Below are positions 38,181-51,678 of a stretch of 64,000 nucleotides of DNA, one piece after another. Both the position numbers and the translations under genes were made by a program. Each line of letters opens with the position of its first letter. The stretch's first letter is position 1. The notes beneath the pieces were generated by a model. The model saw only the letters and a program-made list of their open reading frames with translations. It made no database searches and had not been told where the DNA came from. The DNA comes from Eledone cirrhosa (taxonomy: Eukaryota): the NCBI GenBank assembly GCA_964016885.1, contig OZ024743.1, positions 282,782,001 to 282,846,000 on the forward strand, in the 5' to 3' direction.

Positions 38181-38572
38181 TTTACTAAGTATGCTTTGTA
38201 TAGTGTATATTTATATATAACAGAGAAAATTGTAAAATGCCTTGAGTGTGCCAATATCATAAATACTTTTATGACAAAGTATATAATATGCACAACCACA
38301 AGATACATTGTAGGTAGCTACTATTTTTCTTGTGTAACAAATATATCAAATTACATAAAAATGTTATTCTTATAATCTGTTATTCTCAACTACCCTCAGT
38401 ACCCAATCCTTCATTGGGTACATTGTTCAATAATGCACTGTATTTCACTAGAAATATGGCCACGAAAGGGTAAAATATGTAAAATTATCTCCATTCAATG
38501 TCATCCCCAACATTAATCATGATAATACTGTTATAACTTTATTTCAAAATTAATGATTTGAGGAAATCATAT

Positions 38573-38935
38573 TTAACCCTTTAACATATACATTACTCTA
38601 TATTTACTATTGTATTTTCACAGTAAACATTTTATTTCACACAATATCCAATTTACAAGATTTTAAAAAATATTTATCACCTCAACAGCCAGATATGGCT
38701 GGTTTGAACAGAAAGAGGCGAGAGAATTCTGGCCAGGAACAGCTGGTTTAACCCTTGTATTTATTATTGTATTTTCATAGTAAAGTCTTTATCTCACATA
38801 ATATCGAAGCTATGAGATTTTGATGTTATTTATTTTGAGAACAATAGCTTAACATCAGTATGAGTGGTCCGTTACAGCCAGTTTGAATAGAAAGAGGTGA
38901 GAGAATTCTGGCCAGTTTAAATGCTAAAGGGTTAA
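38573..38935. mobile_element. TTAA MITE, partially duplicated, in RPL14 intron 3
   Basis: ttaaccctttaacat...taaatgctaaagggttaa with two consecutive internal bodies. Confidence 0.75.
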
Positions 38936-39479
38936 GGGGGTTAAACCATTTAACAAAAGCAGACAAAAATATTTGCCAAGTTTTCAACATTTTCTCTCTC
39001 CCTTTAGAAAAATATTAGCATCATTTCATGTCTGAACATTTAGTTTGACATCCATTCCTCTATTCTTGCCTGACCCCTTGCTAAGAAACAACACCATGTG
39101 ATCAGTAGTGCAGCATCTATTCCCAGTCATTGTAAAATATTTCTATTAATCAGGTAAAACCTATTTTAGTCAACATATGGTTTTGTATGCTTACAAACAA
39201 TTCTTGAGTTCCACATGGTTTTTAATGAAATTCAATTTTAAAAAAAGTTTTTTCATATGAATAAATCTAAAACAACTTTGGCATCATTTAATGTTAAAAT
39301 TAGGGTGGTGGAAGTTGTCTGTAAAATATAAACCTGGATATGCTTTTTGTTATATCAAGGGGTCCCAACAAAAACTTATTCTATACTGATACAACAATTT
39401 CTTTGCATATAAGTCAACTAATTCTCAGAAACTGACATTGCATATATAATCTAAGAACATATAAATATAAGTGACAAAC

Positions 39480-39674
39480 CTTCTCTCTGGCCATAATTTT
39501 TTGAGCCCATTTAGTCTCAGCCCATTTTCCACTGATATCAGCTTTTTCCCAAGCCCTTTTCACTTCAACGGTTCTTGCAGAATGTCTAATTTTGATGACA
39601 AATCTTGTTAGATGCACGCTATTGAAATTGATAGCTTTTCTTAAAACACCACTGCATGGTCCATCGATCAAAGC
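39480..39674 (-). CDS. RPL14: RPL14 coding exon 3
   Basis: ALIDGPCSGVLRKAINFNSVHLTRFVIKIRHSARTVEVKRAWEKADISGKWAETKWAQKIMAREK. Acceptor atag|, donor AAG|GTTTGT. Confidence 0.96.
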
Positions 39675-40503
39675 CTATATAATACAAAAAGTGGTAAGAC
39701 AAAACTGATTTTTTCCAAATTTAGAAAAATTGAATGGTATTTTTTTTAAAATTCATTTAATGGTTTCAGCCTTGCCAGGATATTGCTATCACACCAACTC
39801 TAGTACTTATTTTATGATACTATTAAGTTAAGGGACATAAAAACAGACACATACCATACCATTGGCCTCTACAGTCTCCATCTACCAAATTCCATTCAGA
39901 AACTATTGGTTAATCCAAGGTTATAGTAGAAAATACCAAGCAGTGGGATTGCACCCATAACCAGGAGGTTAGAAAGTGAATGTCTCATGTATATCTATAA
40001 TTATTATTTTTCCAATCTAAATTCATATAGATCTGATTAGAGAAAATAGTAATTGTATGCATGCATGGTCCCGTAACCCCTGAGGGAGTCGTAGGGGTGC
40101 CATATTGACATACAGTGCTTCTAGAGCATTTTAAAACCTGGTGGAGCCCATCCCTTTCCAGGTCTGAAAACAGATTTCCAGAGAAGAATTGGCCTCAGTA
40201 CTAAACTGGTACTTTTTATTGACCTTGAAAGGTAAAGTTGACCTCATCAGAATGTGAACTAAAAAGAGCAGAAAGCCAGAAAGAATTCTATTCTACATAC
40301 AACTGCCATTCCACCACCTCAGTAATTGTATCTGCACCCTAAATATTGAAATTTTGTGAGCAACATAGTACATCAAATAGGTGAGATTCCGTGTATATAC
40401 ATAAGGTACCTAGAGATAATATAGAAAATATTCAAACATTTGACTATGACTATTTTTAAGCTATCCACCTGGTTCTAAGTACACACACTAAAGCTCCACT
40501 CTT

Positions 40504-40562
40504 TCAAAATTAAGAAATTGTCTTCCTAATTAAACAGGCCATTTCCGTCTGTTTAATTGTGT
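40504..40562 (-). pseudogene. Degenerate third paralogue of the intron-2 C/D unit
   Basis: Plus strand aattaagaaattgtcttc...caggccatttccgt aligns with 41394-41434. Boxes decayed. Confidence 0.45.
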
Positions 40563-41380
40563 TAGTAAATTTTGAAATGTTAATGCCTGGTTCATTTAAA
40601 CTAATTTTTAATATCCAGTAATGATTTTACAGCAAATATTTTAAAATATGTATGTTATTAAATGAATGGAGCTATGATCCAGTTGAAGTGTAACAAGTTA
40701 GGACTACAACTGCCAAACCGCCTAATGTGTTGGAGCATTTATACCATAGTTTGAGGTGATGTGAAACTATGCAGAACAAAGTTGTTTGTTTAACACATGA
40801 TTTCAAAGCAAACTCCTTCAAAACACAAACCATACCTGCTATTTATTTCTAAGATGTAAGAATTTCTCCAGCATTCAAACCAGCATAAATGTCACCCCAC
40901 TCTCGTAGTTTGTGAAGAACATCCAGTTGTAAAATCATACCCCACAAAAGAAAGAATGGAAGCAATAACAGGTAAAAGGACTACCTCTAATCAAAGATGT
41001 AGTTTTCTGTTGCTGTGTGTATCACAATGAGAAACAAGATACTGTGACACCTGTACAATCCATGCCAGCATAGACAAACAAACAAAAAATAATAATAAAG
41101 CACGTATGGCGCCATATATCCGTCAAAGTGAAAACAAATGTTCATAGGCGCCCTAACGGTTTAGTCATCTATACAGTTTACATGTGAAATTTCCTGAAAA
41201 GGTAAGTTTCCAGATTTGACCTGAAAGATAGAAAGCCAGATCAGCATAGCTCTTCATTTTTATACTAGGTAACACGAGGAGTTCAATGCTAATTAATCTA
41301 AAACACACTGGTGACTCTTTTTCACAAAGCAGTTTACTAATTGATAACATACTATATTTTACGTGCCTTTAGTTCCAAAA

Positions 41381-41458
41381 TTAATGATTTCAGAATTAAG
41401 AAATTGTCTTCTCTGTCAATCAGACCACTTCCGTATTTTTAATCATCATGTTCAATAA
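41381..41458 (-). ncRNA. Box C/D snoRNA candidate, U49-related with altered guide (RPL14 intron 2)
   Basis: ttattgaac-ATGATGA-ttaaaaatacGGAAGTGGT-CTGA-ttgacagaGAAGACAAtttcttaatt-CTGA-aatcattaa. Perfect C, D' and D boxes, imperfect terminal stem. Confidence 0.65.
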
Positions 41459-41813
41459 TTCAGAAACAAAGTGCCACTTTCATTACCATTCTAGTGGTAG
41501 AGCTTATTACTTTCAAATGTTTTGAAAATTACCATTTAAACAGATTTAGTAATAAAACTTTCTCATAAGCTAGTGTTTGGAGCATAACTTAAAGGTTCTT
41601 ATATAAAATATATGATGGACGGCTTGGGTTGATGTTATTCTTTTTAATCTTATTTTTTTTTTTTTGTAATTCATTATTTAACCAGGTTGGATAACAGAAA
41701 GTGGTAATGTCATGAGGGTGTGCATAATATATCGCTATTATATAATATCACAAAAATTATTAAACTATTATCAGACGTGTTATATTTTGTCTTCAGTTTC
41801 AAAACTAATTTTT

Positions 41814-41881
41814 TCAGTATTAAGAAATTGTCTTCATTATCAATCAGACCACTTCCGCATTTTTAATATATTATTCAATAA
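41814..41881 (-). pseudogene. Paralogue of the intron-2 C/D unit lacking a recognisable C box
   Basis: aaaaatgcGGAAGTGGT-CTGA-ttgataATGAAGACAAtttcttaata-CTGA. The C box position reads ataatata. Confidence 0.5.
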
Positions 41882-41970
41882 ATTCGAAACCGAATGAAAA
41901 GAAAGTCCAACTTTACAATCTGGAATTATTTTTTTTACAAAATATCTTATGGAAAATAGTTTCAACTTAC

Positions 41971-42075
41971 TCTGTTTTGGTCAATAACGTCTATGAGGAC
42001 ACACAGTTTCCTAGCATCTACACCTTTCACGATGTAGGCCACACGCCCAACTTCCACAAATTTTCTATTGAACAC
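41971..42075 (-). CDS. RPL14: RPL14 coding exon 2 (KOW motif)
   Basis: VFNRKFVEVGRVAYIVKGVDARKLCVLIDVIDQNR. Acceptor tatag|, donor |GTAAGT. Confidence 0.96.
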
Positions 42076-42129
42076 CTATATAATCAAAATAAGTCATGTG
42101 TATTATATTTAAAGTTAATTGTTTCTACT

Positions 42130-42305
42130 TTAGGCACAAGGCCAGCAATCACCCAGTGCATTACTGGTACTTTATTTTATCGACCCAGTAAGGATGAAAG
42201 GCAAAGTCAACCTCGGCGGGATTTGAACTCAGATCGTAAAGGGACGTAACTATGCTGGAAAGCATGGCTTCCGACCCTCTACCGAGACTGCCAATCCACC
42301 GCCCT
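42130..42305 (-). mobile_element. SINE, inverted copy in RPL14 intron 1
   Basis: Reverse complement of the 7443-7625 family core. Confidence 0.7.
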
Positions 42306-43550
42306 TATTATCCACCGTATTATATTTAAAGTTAATGCAAAGTTTTTCTTTAATCATAAAACGATAAAAAAATTTTTTAAAATACGATAATCTTTCAAAG
42401 AAATTGTAACATTTAATAATTGTCCCCATTCGATTCTTATCGGTTTGATCTCAAATCCTAATATAGATTCATACTCCTCGATGCATATACCCCCCCCCCC
42501 CCCCCGACTGAATTCTAACAAGAATCTTTTTCTTAAAAATGTATTTTGATTACATTGAAAATTAGATGTTTCCAATTCGAATTCTTTCATGGAAGTATAT
42601 AAAAATTTAGGATTAAGACATTAAGACCGAACATTTGTAATCATAACAACTCCATATAAACAAATTTTTTTTTTTAAATAGTGGATACTTCGTCGATTTC
42701 GACGATGAACGTCCGGGTTATTAAATTAACGTGTAAGTGACTGAGTATTCCATACAAGATCAATTATAGAATTAAATATAAGTCCATCCGACGGGCTTCA
42801 ACAGTTCTCGTCTACGCAATTTTACTCACATGGTTTAGATCGACGGCGAAGTGAGTTTCTTAACCACTCAGTTATGCCTACGTTCATTTTTTTTTTAAAT
42901 GCATCTTCATTTTCATCGATTACCATCTTTTACCAACATAACTAAAGCTAAAAATAATTTCATAAATTCAAGACATTGCTTCTTCAGAAAAACGAAATTA
43001 GTTTTTTGGGGAGAATATTTATGTAATTATCAAAAAAATGCTTTTGCACTTAAAGCATTTTGAAATGCGATATAATTAATGCGAAATATTTATTTTTAAA
43101 TACTTTAAAAAAAAAAAACAATAATCGAGAGAATGACTGGTCTAATGAGAGAATTTGATAACACGTGGATGATATAGAGTTTTTAAAAGAATTAAGTTTC
43201 ACAAATCAAATATATTTATTTTTGTTGATATCAGAATTACTAACATTCGTTAAAATGTGAATAAACATCATATCTAGTTACATGAAAACTTGTGTTAGAG
43301 ATGAAGTAAAAATGATTAAAAGATAAACGTGGTTAGAAGCTATAAAGTACTTTTTACGCCATGTTGAAATATGATTAGAACAAATTTTACAGTTTGAACA
43401 AGGTTTACAAGAATATAAATTATTTTTACAACAGGCAATGGCACTTAAGATTACCTCAGTTTAAAACAAAGATTAAACAAACCTAATTTAGCATCTAAAT
43501 AATATGTTTAATGACAAATTTTACTAACAGAAAAATTCCACACTACTTAC

Positions 43551-43553
43551 CAT
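43551..43553 (-). CDS. RPL14: 60S ribosomal protein L14 (eL14), coding exon 1 (ATG only)
   Basis: Minus strand CTTCCTTTACGAACAGCCTTAGCGCC ATG|GTAAGT. Full CDS complement(join(29781..29885,30035..30088,39480..39674,41971..42075,43551..43553)) = 462 nt, 153 aa. Confidence 0.88.
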
Positions 43554-43600
43554 GGCGCTAAGGCTGTTCGTAAAGGAAGTAGAACTTCACGCATGCTCAA
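43554..43600 (-). promoter_or_regulatory. RPL14 core promoter / 5'-TOP start
   Basis: Minus-strand CTTCCTTT (43579-43572) about 25 nt before the ATG, with an NRF1-like TGAGCATGCGTG just upstream. Confidence 0.7.
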
Positions 43601-44179
43601 TAGTTAACATCAAAACGAGGCTTAAGTTGTTTCAGATTGTTTAACTTTCCCTTCTGTAGTGTAAAAGACGCGTGGCTTTGGGGTTAAGGTGTTTAGCTAA
43701 TGATCGTATGGTTGTGAGTTCAAATCTCGGATCAGATGGCCTGCTGTGTCCTTTTATGTTGTTCTAAGTTTATTTATTTGGTAAAAGTGAGTTATACTTG
43801 TAATTCAAGAGGCCAACCATGTCAGGTTGAATCTTCTTGCTAATGGAATGTTAATTTCATGAGCTGGCAGTTGTGATGATTGAGTACTCATCATCGGAAA
43901 CGACGGAGGCCCAACAACAATAACATAATGGTGTAGTCTATATGTTGTGGGTTTTAATTTGTATTCGATTTTTATTGTTTTTTCATGCATTGAGGGGGGA
44001 AATATGAACGTTCAAGATCGTGAATCTAAAATGTTTAAATAAATGGATCATAAACAAGCTGAAAGAATCATAAAAGTAGTAAAAGCACAGGTGAAATAAA
44101 GTTCATCAACTGTTCGGAAGGCTCCATAGAAGTGCATACTTCATAGCTTGTATTATCTAAACAACTGAATGGAAGTGGG

Positions 44180-44830
44180 TGCTCCAAAGGCATACTAGCC
44201 ACGATAAGTTTAGGGAGTTATTACCTCAATATGCAATAAAGAAATTCTCTCTCTCTCTCTCTCTCCAAGTCTTCTTCGCCCACTTATTTCTGAGAGAGTC
44301 GTGGAGGCAGAGTCCTCAATTACTCCTTCCAGCAGGTCCTGTCAGAAGCAACCATCTCCAACTGATCCAGCTAGATCCCCAAGCATAACCAACCAAGCTC
44401 ATGGATGTTATCTAACCATCTTGCTCAGGGTCTACCCCTGGGTCTCCTACCAGTTGGTATTGCCCGTAAAATCTGTCCAGCAATTCTTTCCTGAGATGGG
44501 TAAATCGTACGACACTCCTATACAAAGTGCTTTGTTGCATGGTAGGGAACATGGACGGATATGTATCATTACTGGGTATGAACAAAGGAGCACAACTGAA
44601 CTGATAAAAAAAGGGGTGGGTATTAGAGAAATCAGATGTGTGCCAGTGAGGAGACTGCACTGGTATGGACATGAGATGTGTGTGGAGGATGACAGATGGG
44701 TAAAAGAAGTGCCAAACAATCCAAGAATGAGACATGGAAGAAGCACTGAAAGCTGATCTCAGGATGTTAAATTTGAAGTGACAGCACCAAATGGGATGAT
44801 GCTGGCGTAGACATGTTCAACCTGTGGAAA
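44180..44830 (+). mobile_element. Decayed RTE (PHD family) 3' fragment
   Basis: KFRELLP, SALLHGRE and RRLHWYGHEM remnants. Confidence 0.6.
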
Positions 44831-44859
44831 ATGGTGGGGATTTAGAATGCTGTACTCCG

Positions 44860-46925
44860 GTGCTACCCAGTATCCAGCAGGCTCATTACATCCACCTTTG
44901 AGCAGCACCATTCAACATTACAGTGATACAGGCCTACACACCAGCAACAGATTATGAGGATTATTAGGTGGAGGAATTCTACACAAAACTCCAGGACATT
45001 ATCAACAAGGTTGCTGGGCAAGGATACAGTAAAAGACTGGCAGGAATTCTGTGGCTCTTCCTTTAATGCCATAACCAATGAGCTAGGACTACACCTGCTT
45101 GAATTTGCCAGTTACAATACCATGGTGCTTGCTAATACCCTTGATGATCACAAGGCATCACAGTGCTGGACCTGGCACTGCCCCAATGGAATGCACCACC
45201 AGATTGACTACATTATGGTGAAGAACCAGTTTTGGTCTGGAATCAGCAGGGTCAGAACAAGTTCTTTCCTAGGTGCAGATATAGTGAGTGACCATGACTT
45301 GGTGTTGCTGAACTTCAGAGTCAGGCTGAAGAAGATCAAGAAGGGCAAGAGTGCCAGACTGAAGTTCAACATGGACAGGCTGAATGACCCCACCATTGCT
45401 GCGTCCTTCTAGGCAACTGTTGGTGGAAAATTTGCTGCTCTGCTCACACTTGAAGAGGATGTTGAAATTATGACAGCAAAGTTCAACCACGGTGATGACT
45501 GAGTCAGGAAAACTCAACCTTAGGTCACAGAAGTAGTTCTTAATTTGTGTGAGAACTAAAATACTCCCAGAACGCAACAACTGGAACACCAGCTTACAGA
45601 GAGATCAGTAAGAAGATCAGGAAAGGGATGAGAAAAGCCAAAGAAAAATGGATAGAGAAGGCACATGGTTTAGTGGTTAGAGCATTGGCCTTGCAATCGA
45701 AAGGTTGTGAGTTCAATTCTCAGACCGGGTGATGTGTTGTTTCCTTGAGCAAGACACTTTATTTCACATTGCTCCAGTTTACTCAGCTGTAGAAATGAGA
45801 TGATAGGACTGGGGTCCATATCATTCCACTGCAAAGTGGTCGTGGATGTGCCACGGCAAAAAAGCACCTAGCACTCACTGTAAAATGAGGTTGGTGTTTG
45901 GAAGGGCATCCAGCTGTAGAAATCAAACCAGAATCAGTTCCCGTCCCACCCTTGCAAGCAGGGAAAAAGTGGACGTAAATTGAAATGATGATGATGATGA
46001 TGAAGCAGTGCACAGAGATGATAGAGTTCCTGAACAGGAACAACAGCAAGAGGGCCTTTCAAATTGTGCAAGCTTTCACAAAACAGACACACTCAAGTGT
46101 CAGCACCATCCAAGACAAGCAAGGAAAGTACCTCACAGAAGATAAAGATGTCATCAAGAGATGGCCAGAATACTGCTCAGAATTGTAGTCATCAGACCCA
46201 TGGAGACCCCAGCATGCTTATCAGTCAGGAAGCATCAAACGAGGACGACTTCTCAGTTCCTGAAGACAGCAACAAAATCGTTGAAAACTGGAAAAGCAGC
46301 TGGTACACACAACATTCCAGCGAAACTGATAAAGCATGAAGGAGGGGCAGTGATTGACGTTCTTGCCAGAATCTGCAACAAAATCTGGCAAACTGGAGAG
46401 TGGCCAACACCTTGGACTCAGTCACTCATTATCATACTTCCCAAGAAAGGCAATCTACAACAGTGTCAACATTATAGAACCATCAGCCTTATCAGCCATG
46501 CAAGCAAAATGATGCTAAAAGTTATTCTGAACAGGCTGAAGTCACAAGCTGAGGAAATCATTTTGGAAGAAAAGATTGGTTTCTGTTGTGGAAGGAGCAC
46601 CAGATTTTCAATCTGAGAATTCTATGCAAGAAGTACAGTCTTCACCAATAGGATCTTTACCATGTATTCATATTGACTTAATGAAAGCCTTCAATGGGGT
46701 GTGGCATGTTGCGCTGTGGACAACCATGAAGAAATATAACATGGGCCCAGCCATTACCCACACCATACAACAGCTGTATGTGAAAGCCTCAAGTGTGATA
46801 CTTGTCCAAGGCATAATGGGGGATTGGTTTCACCCATCAGTAGGCGTCCGACAGGGCTGTCTCCTCTACCCAACACTGTTCAGCATCTTCTTGAGCAAAT
46901 CATGACTAATGCCCTAGAAGACAAT
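44860..46925 (+). mobile_element. Degenerate RTE/BovB-like LINE, 5' part (endonuclease plus N-terminal RT)
   Basis: HQIDYIMV, SDHDLV, GKAAG, LPKKGNLQQCQHYRTISLISHASK and GVRQGCLL motifs across broken frames. Confidence 0.85.
45661..46001 (+). mobile_element. tRNA-derived SINE with RTE-derived 3' tail, inserted in the BovB-like LINE
   Basis: A-box/B-box-like head (TGGTTTAGTGG...GAGTTCAATTCT). The 3' end matches the RTE 3'UTR at 10375-10640, with a (TGA)n tail. Interrupts the host codons WIEK|QC with GAAG repeated at both ends. Confidence 0.85.
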
Positions 46926-47350
46926 ATGTAGAAGAATATTTACCAACGCAACTACCACCACCACGAATAGCAGTCACCTAAAGCTCCTTGTAACACATTT
47001 ACCACTACGGTGACTACCACAGCTTCGACACGGCGGCAATGACAACTTCGGCGCAATCAGCAGCAGCGACAACATTGGTTAACCACTAACCATGGACAAC
47101 ACATGGTGAATTCAACTTCGATTCTTCAGAAGATTTACTGTGACTTTGCTTTAATAACAACAACAACAACAACTCTACTAGCTTCCTAGTAAGAGCGATC
47201 CCAAAGAAATTTCAAAGAAAAGAAAAAGCGAACTTTGTTTTAAGAAACAATTATTTCTTTCTTTCTCTTTTTACAGGCAATGTTTGAACATTTATTCTTT
47301 TAGAACTGCATTATATGAAAATTCATTTGTTTTATCATTGTATATATATA

Positions 47351-50300
47351 TAACCTTCTCGCTAACCTTAATTCTGTCGTATTTTTCAAAACAAATCTTC
47401 TTATATATTTTATATATATTTTGTTATGCTTGTTAAATTATGCCCCAAATACGAGGACTTTATTTAAACTCTTAACCTCTGCTCCCTCCTATCTTCACCC
47501 CCCCCCCCCCCACATTTATATCATGCTGGTTCGCCCCCATTCCCTTCCGCTCTCTCCAAATATAAAATAAATCCTTTGCAAGTACGAAACCTCAAAAACC
47601 GCCAACCCTATTCAGGCTAGGCTGCTAATAACACGGTGTAATGTAACGTACAAATATTTCTTCACTCTTCTCACCATTTTAATTCCCTAGTCCATTCATC
47701 AATCTATATCATTTCTCCCAGAATCCAATCTCTGTTGTTTTTCTATATGATAATTCTAGCGTATTTTTCAAAACAAATCTTGTATTTTTTATGCTTGTTA
47801 AATTATGCCCAAAATAAGGGGATCTTATTTAAACCTTAACCTTCTCGCTAACTACCCAATATCCCTCCCACTCACCCCCACGCACCACCATTATTACGTG
47901 GGAAAATCATAAGTCAGCGGCCTATGCTATCACTTACCTGGTCGCCTTTCGATATGATGGATGGACTACGGAATTCTGGAGAGTTTGAAAAGAAAAATCT
48001 GGACACTCAGTGACAATGCCAAAGATAAAGACAAATTCACCTCATGCTGCCGGACGAGAATGCAAGGACTCCACCTCCTTGTTTCGGCCGCGGATGGCTA
48101 ACATAACCCCATCTCCACCCCCACCCCCCACCCCACCGCTCCCACCCTCCAAACGCAATCCAAAACTTCAGAGTTGGTACCATGAATGTAGGCACCTTAA
48201 AGGGTCGCTCTAACAAGGTTGTAGAAATGCTTGAACGTAAGGAGGTCGATGTTTGTTATATTCAAGAGACCAGGTGGAGGGGTAGGTCTGCTAGATTCAT
48301 TGTGGGTAAAGAACGATGTTATAAGCTTTTCTGGGTGGGAAATGACAATGGGCTGGGTGGAGTAGGAATCATGGTAGCAGAAAAGTGGGCAGTAAATAGA
48401 GTGAACAACAGAATAATTAAAATAAGACTTGTCCTCAATAGAACTACTGTGACAATAATATCTGCATATGCACCACAATCCGGACTGCCTGGCGTTATAA
48501 AAGACAGATTCTATGAGACGTTAATGCTCACACCTCCCAAATAACCGACAGTGACTACATAGTTATCGCTGGCGACCTAAATGGTCACGTTGGACAACAT
48601 TGTGACGGCTATGACGGAATCCATGGAGGCTATGGGTTTGGTACTAGAAATGAGGAAGGCTCAAGAATCCTGGAATTCTGTGACGAAAATAACCTAACTA
48701 TCTGTAACACTAACTTCAAAAAACGAGACAATCACTTGATCACCTATAGATCGGGGGAACACACAAGCCAGGTAGATTATATCCTTACCAGGAGACGTGA
48801 CAGAGTGTCTGTTGTAAACACTAAATCCCTCCCCCATGAAGAATGCACCTCTCAACATAGACTCATAATTAGCGACCTCATAGTCAGGACGAGGACGTAC
48901 TCGACAACAGAAGAGGACTATCCTCAGGAGAAAAATATGGAAGTTAAAAGACCCCACAGCCAGTAATAAATTTAAAAGCATATTACTTGATGCTTTTGAT
49001 AGTAAGGAAGAGCAATTAGAGTCGTACAATATAGAGGAACAGTGGGAATTCCTGAAAGCTAACCTGCTGAAGGCGACAGATGAAACCTGTGGCTGGAGCA
49101 GACTTATAGGCAGGAGGAGAGTAACTTGGTGGTGGAACAGTAAGGTGGAGGGGTCAATCAAGGCCAAAAAGCAGGCTTGGAAAGCATGGCGGGATGGGGG
49201 AAGTAGAGAAGACTATCAAGTGGCCAGGAGGGAAGCTAGGAGACAAGTGTACTTAGCAAGAAGGGAAGCAGAGGAAAGAAAGTTCAAGCATGTTCTACAA
49301 CGCAAGGACCAAAAACGTGAGGTGTTCAGGATTGCTAGGCAATGTGTCAAGGAAAACAGTGATATTGTCAGGGAGAAGTGTGTCCTTAATGATGATGGTG
49401 TACTTGCCATCACTGACGCCGATAAGAAGGTTGCTTGGAAGTGTCACTACGAAAGGCTACTAAATGAGGAGAATAATTGGGAGAAAGACAGTCTCCTCCA
49501 CATCAACCCAATAGAGGGACCAGCAGTGCAAGTTGAAGGTAGTATAATAAGTAAGGCGATCAAAGACATGAAGACGGGCAAGGCGGCCGGGCCTTCGGAA
49601 ATAGTTGCTGAAATGCTGAAAGCATCTGGAACGGTTTGACACACTATGGTCACTCGGATAGTAAACCAAGTCATACAGAATGGGGTCATTCCGAAGGACT
49701 GGCCTAGCAGCATCATCATTAACTGCTACAAGGGTAAAGGTAATGCCCTAGATAGGGGAAACTATAGAGGCATTAAATTAATTGACCAGGTCATGAAGGT
49801 CACAGAAAAAGTAATAGCGCAACTAATCAGAGAGCGAATTGATCTAGACGAAATACAGTTCGGGTTTGTGTCAGGTAAAAGTACCACAGACGCTCTTTTC
49901 ATTGTACGACAACTACAGGAGAAGTACCTAGCTAAAAGTAAACCCCTATACTTAGCTTTTGTCGACTTGGAGAAAGCCTTTGACAGAGTCCCCATTCCAT
50001 TATCTGGTGGGCTCTTAGAAAACTAGGTGTTGATGAATGGCTTGTGAGAGCTATACAAGCCATGTATTAAGAAACAGTCAGCAAGGTTAGAATTAACAAT
50101 GAATATAGTGAAGAGTTTGGCGTAAAAGTTGGTGTTCATCAGGGCTCCGTCCTTAGCCCCCTACTATTTATTATTGCCCTTCAGGCTATAACAGTGGAGT
50201 TCAAGACCGGTTGCCCATGGGAACTCCTATATGCAGATGATCTAACGCTCATGGCTGAACTAGAGAAGAAATTCCAAACATGGAAGCATGGCCTAGAATC

Positions 50301-51678
50301 AAAAGGCCTTAAAGTTAACTTGTCTAAGACTAAAGTTCTAGTTTGTAGGAAGGAAAATAGGGCACCGGTCCCATCTGGGAAATGGCCATGCTCAGTGTGT
50401 AAGAAAGGAGTAGGCAGAAACTCCATTTTATGTCCCAAATGCAAAGTATGGGTGCATAAAAGATGTAGTGGGATCACAGGTAAGCTAATTAAGAATATAG
50501 ATTTTAAATGTGGCCGGTGTTCCGGCGCAATAAGTAGCAGCAAATGCCCACAAAATACTAGCTCATTCCATTGCACAGATGGTTCTATAGAAATAGTGGA
50601 CAGCTTCCGTTACCTGGGTGACAAAATCAGCAGTCGGGGAGGGTGCTCTGAAAGTACAGTAGCTAGAGTCAGAACGGGATGGAAAAAGTTCAGAGAGCTT
50701 ATACCACTATTGGCCGCTAAAGGGTTCTCTCTAAAAATGAAAGGCAGGCTGTATGATGCCTGCATACGAACAGCAATGTTACATGGCAGTGAGACCTGGG
50801 CATTATGTGCAGAGGATATACGCAGACTGGAGAGAAACGAAGCTTGATGCTCCACTGGATGTGTAATAGTAATATACGTGAACGGCAAAGCATAAACGAA
50901 CTAAGGGAGAAATTAGGAATAAGAGGGATCAGATGTTGTTTACTCGAGAGAAGACTACGTTGGTATGGTCACGTGATGCGCATGAAAGATGACAGCTGTA
51001 TAAAAATAGATGGTAGCCACGGAGTAGGCAGCCCCAGAAAAACCTGGGACGACTTGATAAATTCCGACCTCACACACTTACACCTCTCCAAGACAATGTC
51101 ACTGGACCGAGATCTTTGGCGCTACACAGTTATACAGAAGACCCGCCTTGCCTAAGTACAAAGCGAAACCTACAGTCAGTAGGCACCTCTATCAAAATAC
51201 ACCCCCGTCCCACTACCCCCACCCCATCCACACCACCCCCTTAAATGTGAAGTTATGTTGGTACCACAACATCCAGTCCGAAACAAATGAGGTCGTGTAG
51301 GTGTCACGACAAAAGATACACAGTCCACGCTGTAATGTGGCCGTGTAGGTAACACGGTAAAAACCTCCCAGTACACACTGTAAACATGGTTGGTGTTGGG
51401 AAGGGCACCCAGCCGTAGAAAACCCGCCAGACATGTAGGTGTCACGACAATAAAACACACAGTCCACGCTGTAATGTGGCCGTGTAGGTAACACGGTAAA
51501 AACCTCCCAGTCCACACTGTAAACGTGGTTGGTGTTAGGAAAGGCATCCAGCCGTAGAAAACCTGCCAGACAGTCCTGAGCAAGACAACCAATCTTGCCT
51601 CAAGTGGGACAATTCCCGTCCAGACCCATGCTAGCATGGAAAATGGACGTTAAACGATGATGATGATGATGATGATGA
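47351..51678 (+). mobile_element. Near full-length RTE LINE of the same PHD-containing family, inactivated by stops and frameshifts
   Basis: APE endonuclease motifs (NVGTL, IQETRW, SAYAPQ, GDLNGH, VDYIL) at 48180-48900, RT at 49550-51150, a duplicated ~138-bp 3'UTR block (51297-51571) and a (TGA)n tail. The 5' boundary is uncertain. Confidence 0.9.

Noticed and set aside
41105-41116. 12-bp palindrome TATGGCGCCATA
   Set aside because: A single palindrome of this length is expected by chance in 64 kb and has no supporting context
45661-45735. tRNA gene
   Set aside because: tRNA-like SINE head followed by SINE body and LINE tail. No full cloverleaf or Pol III terminator
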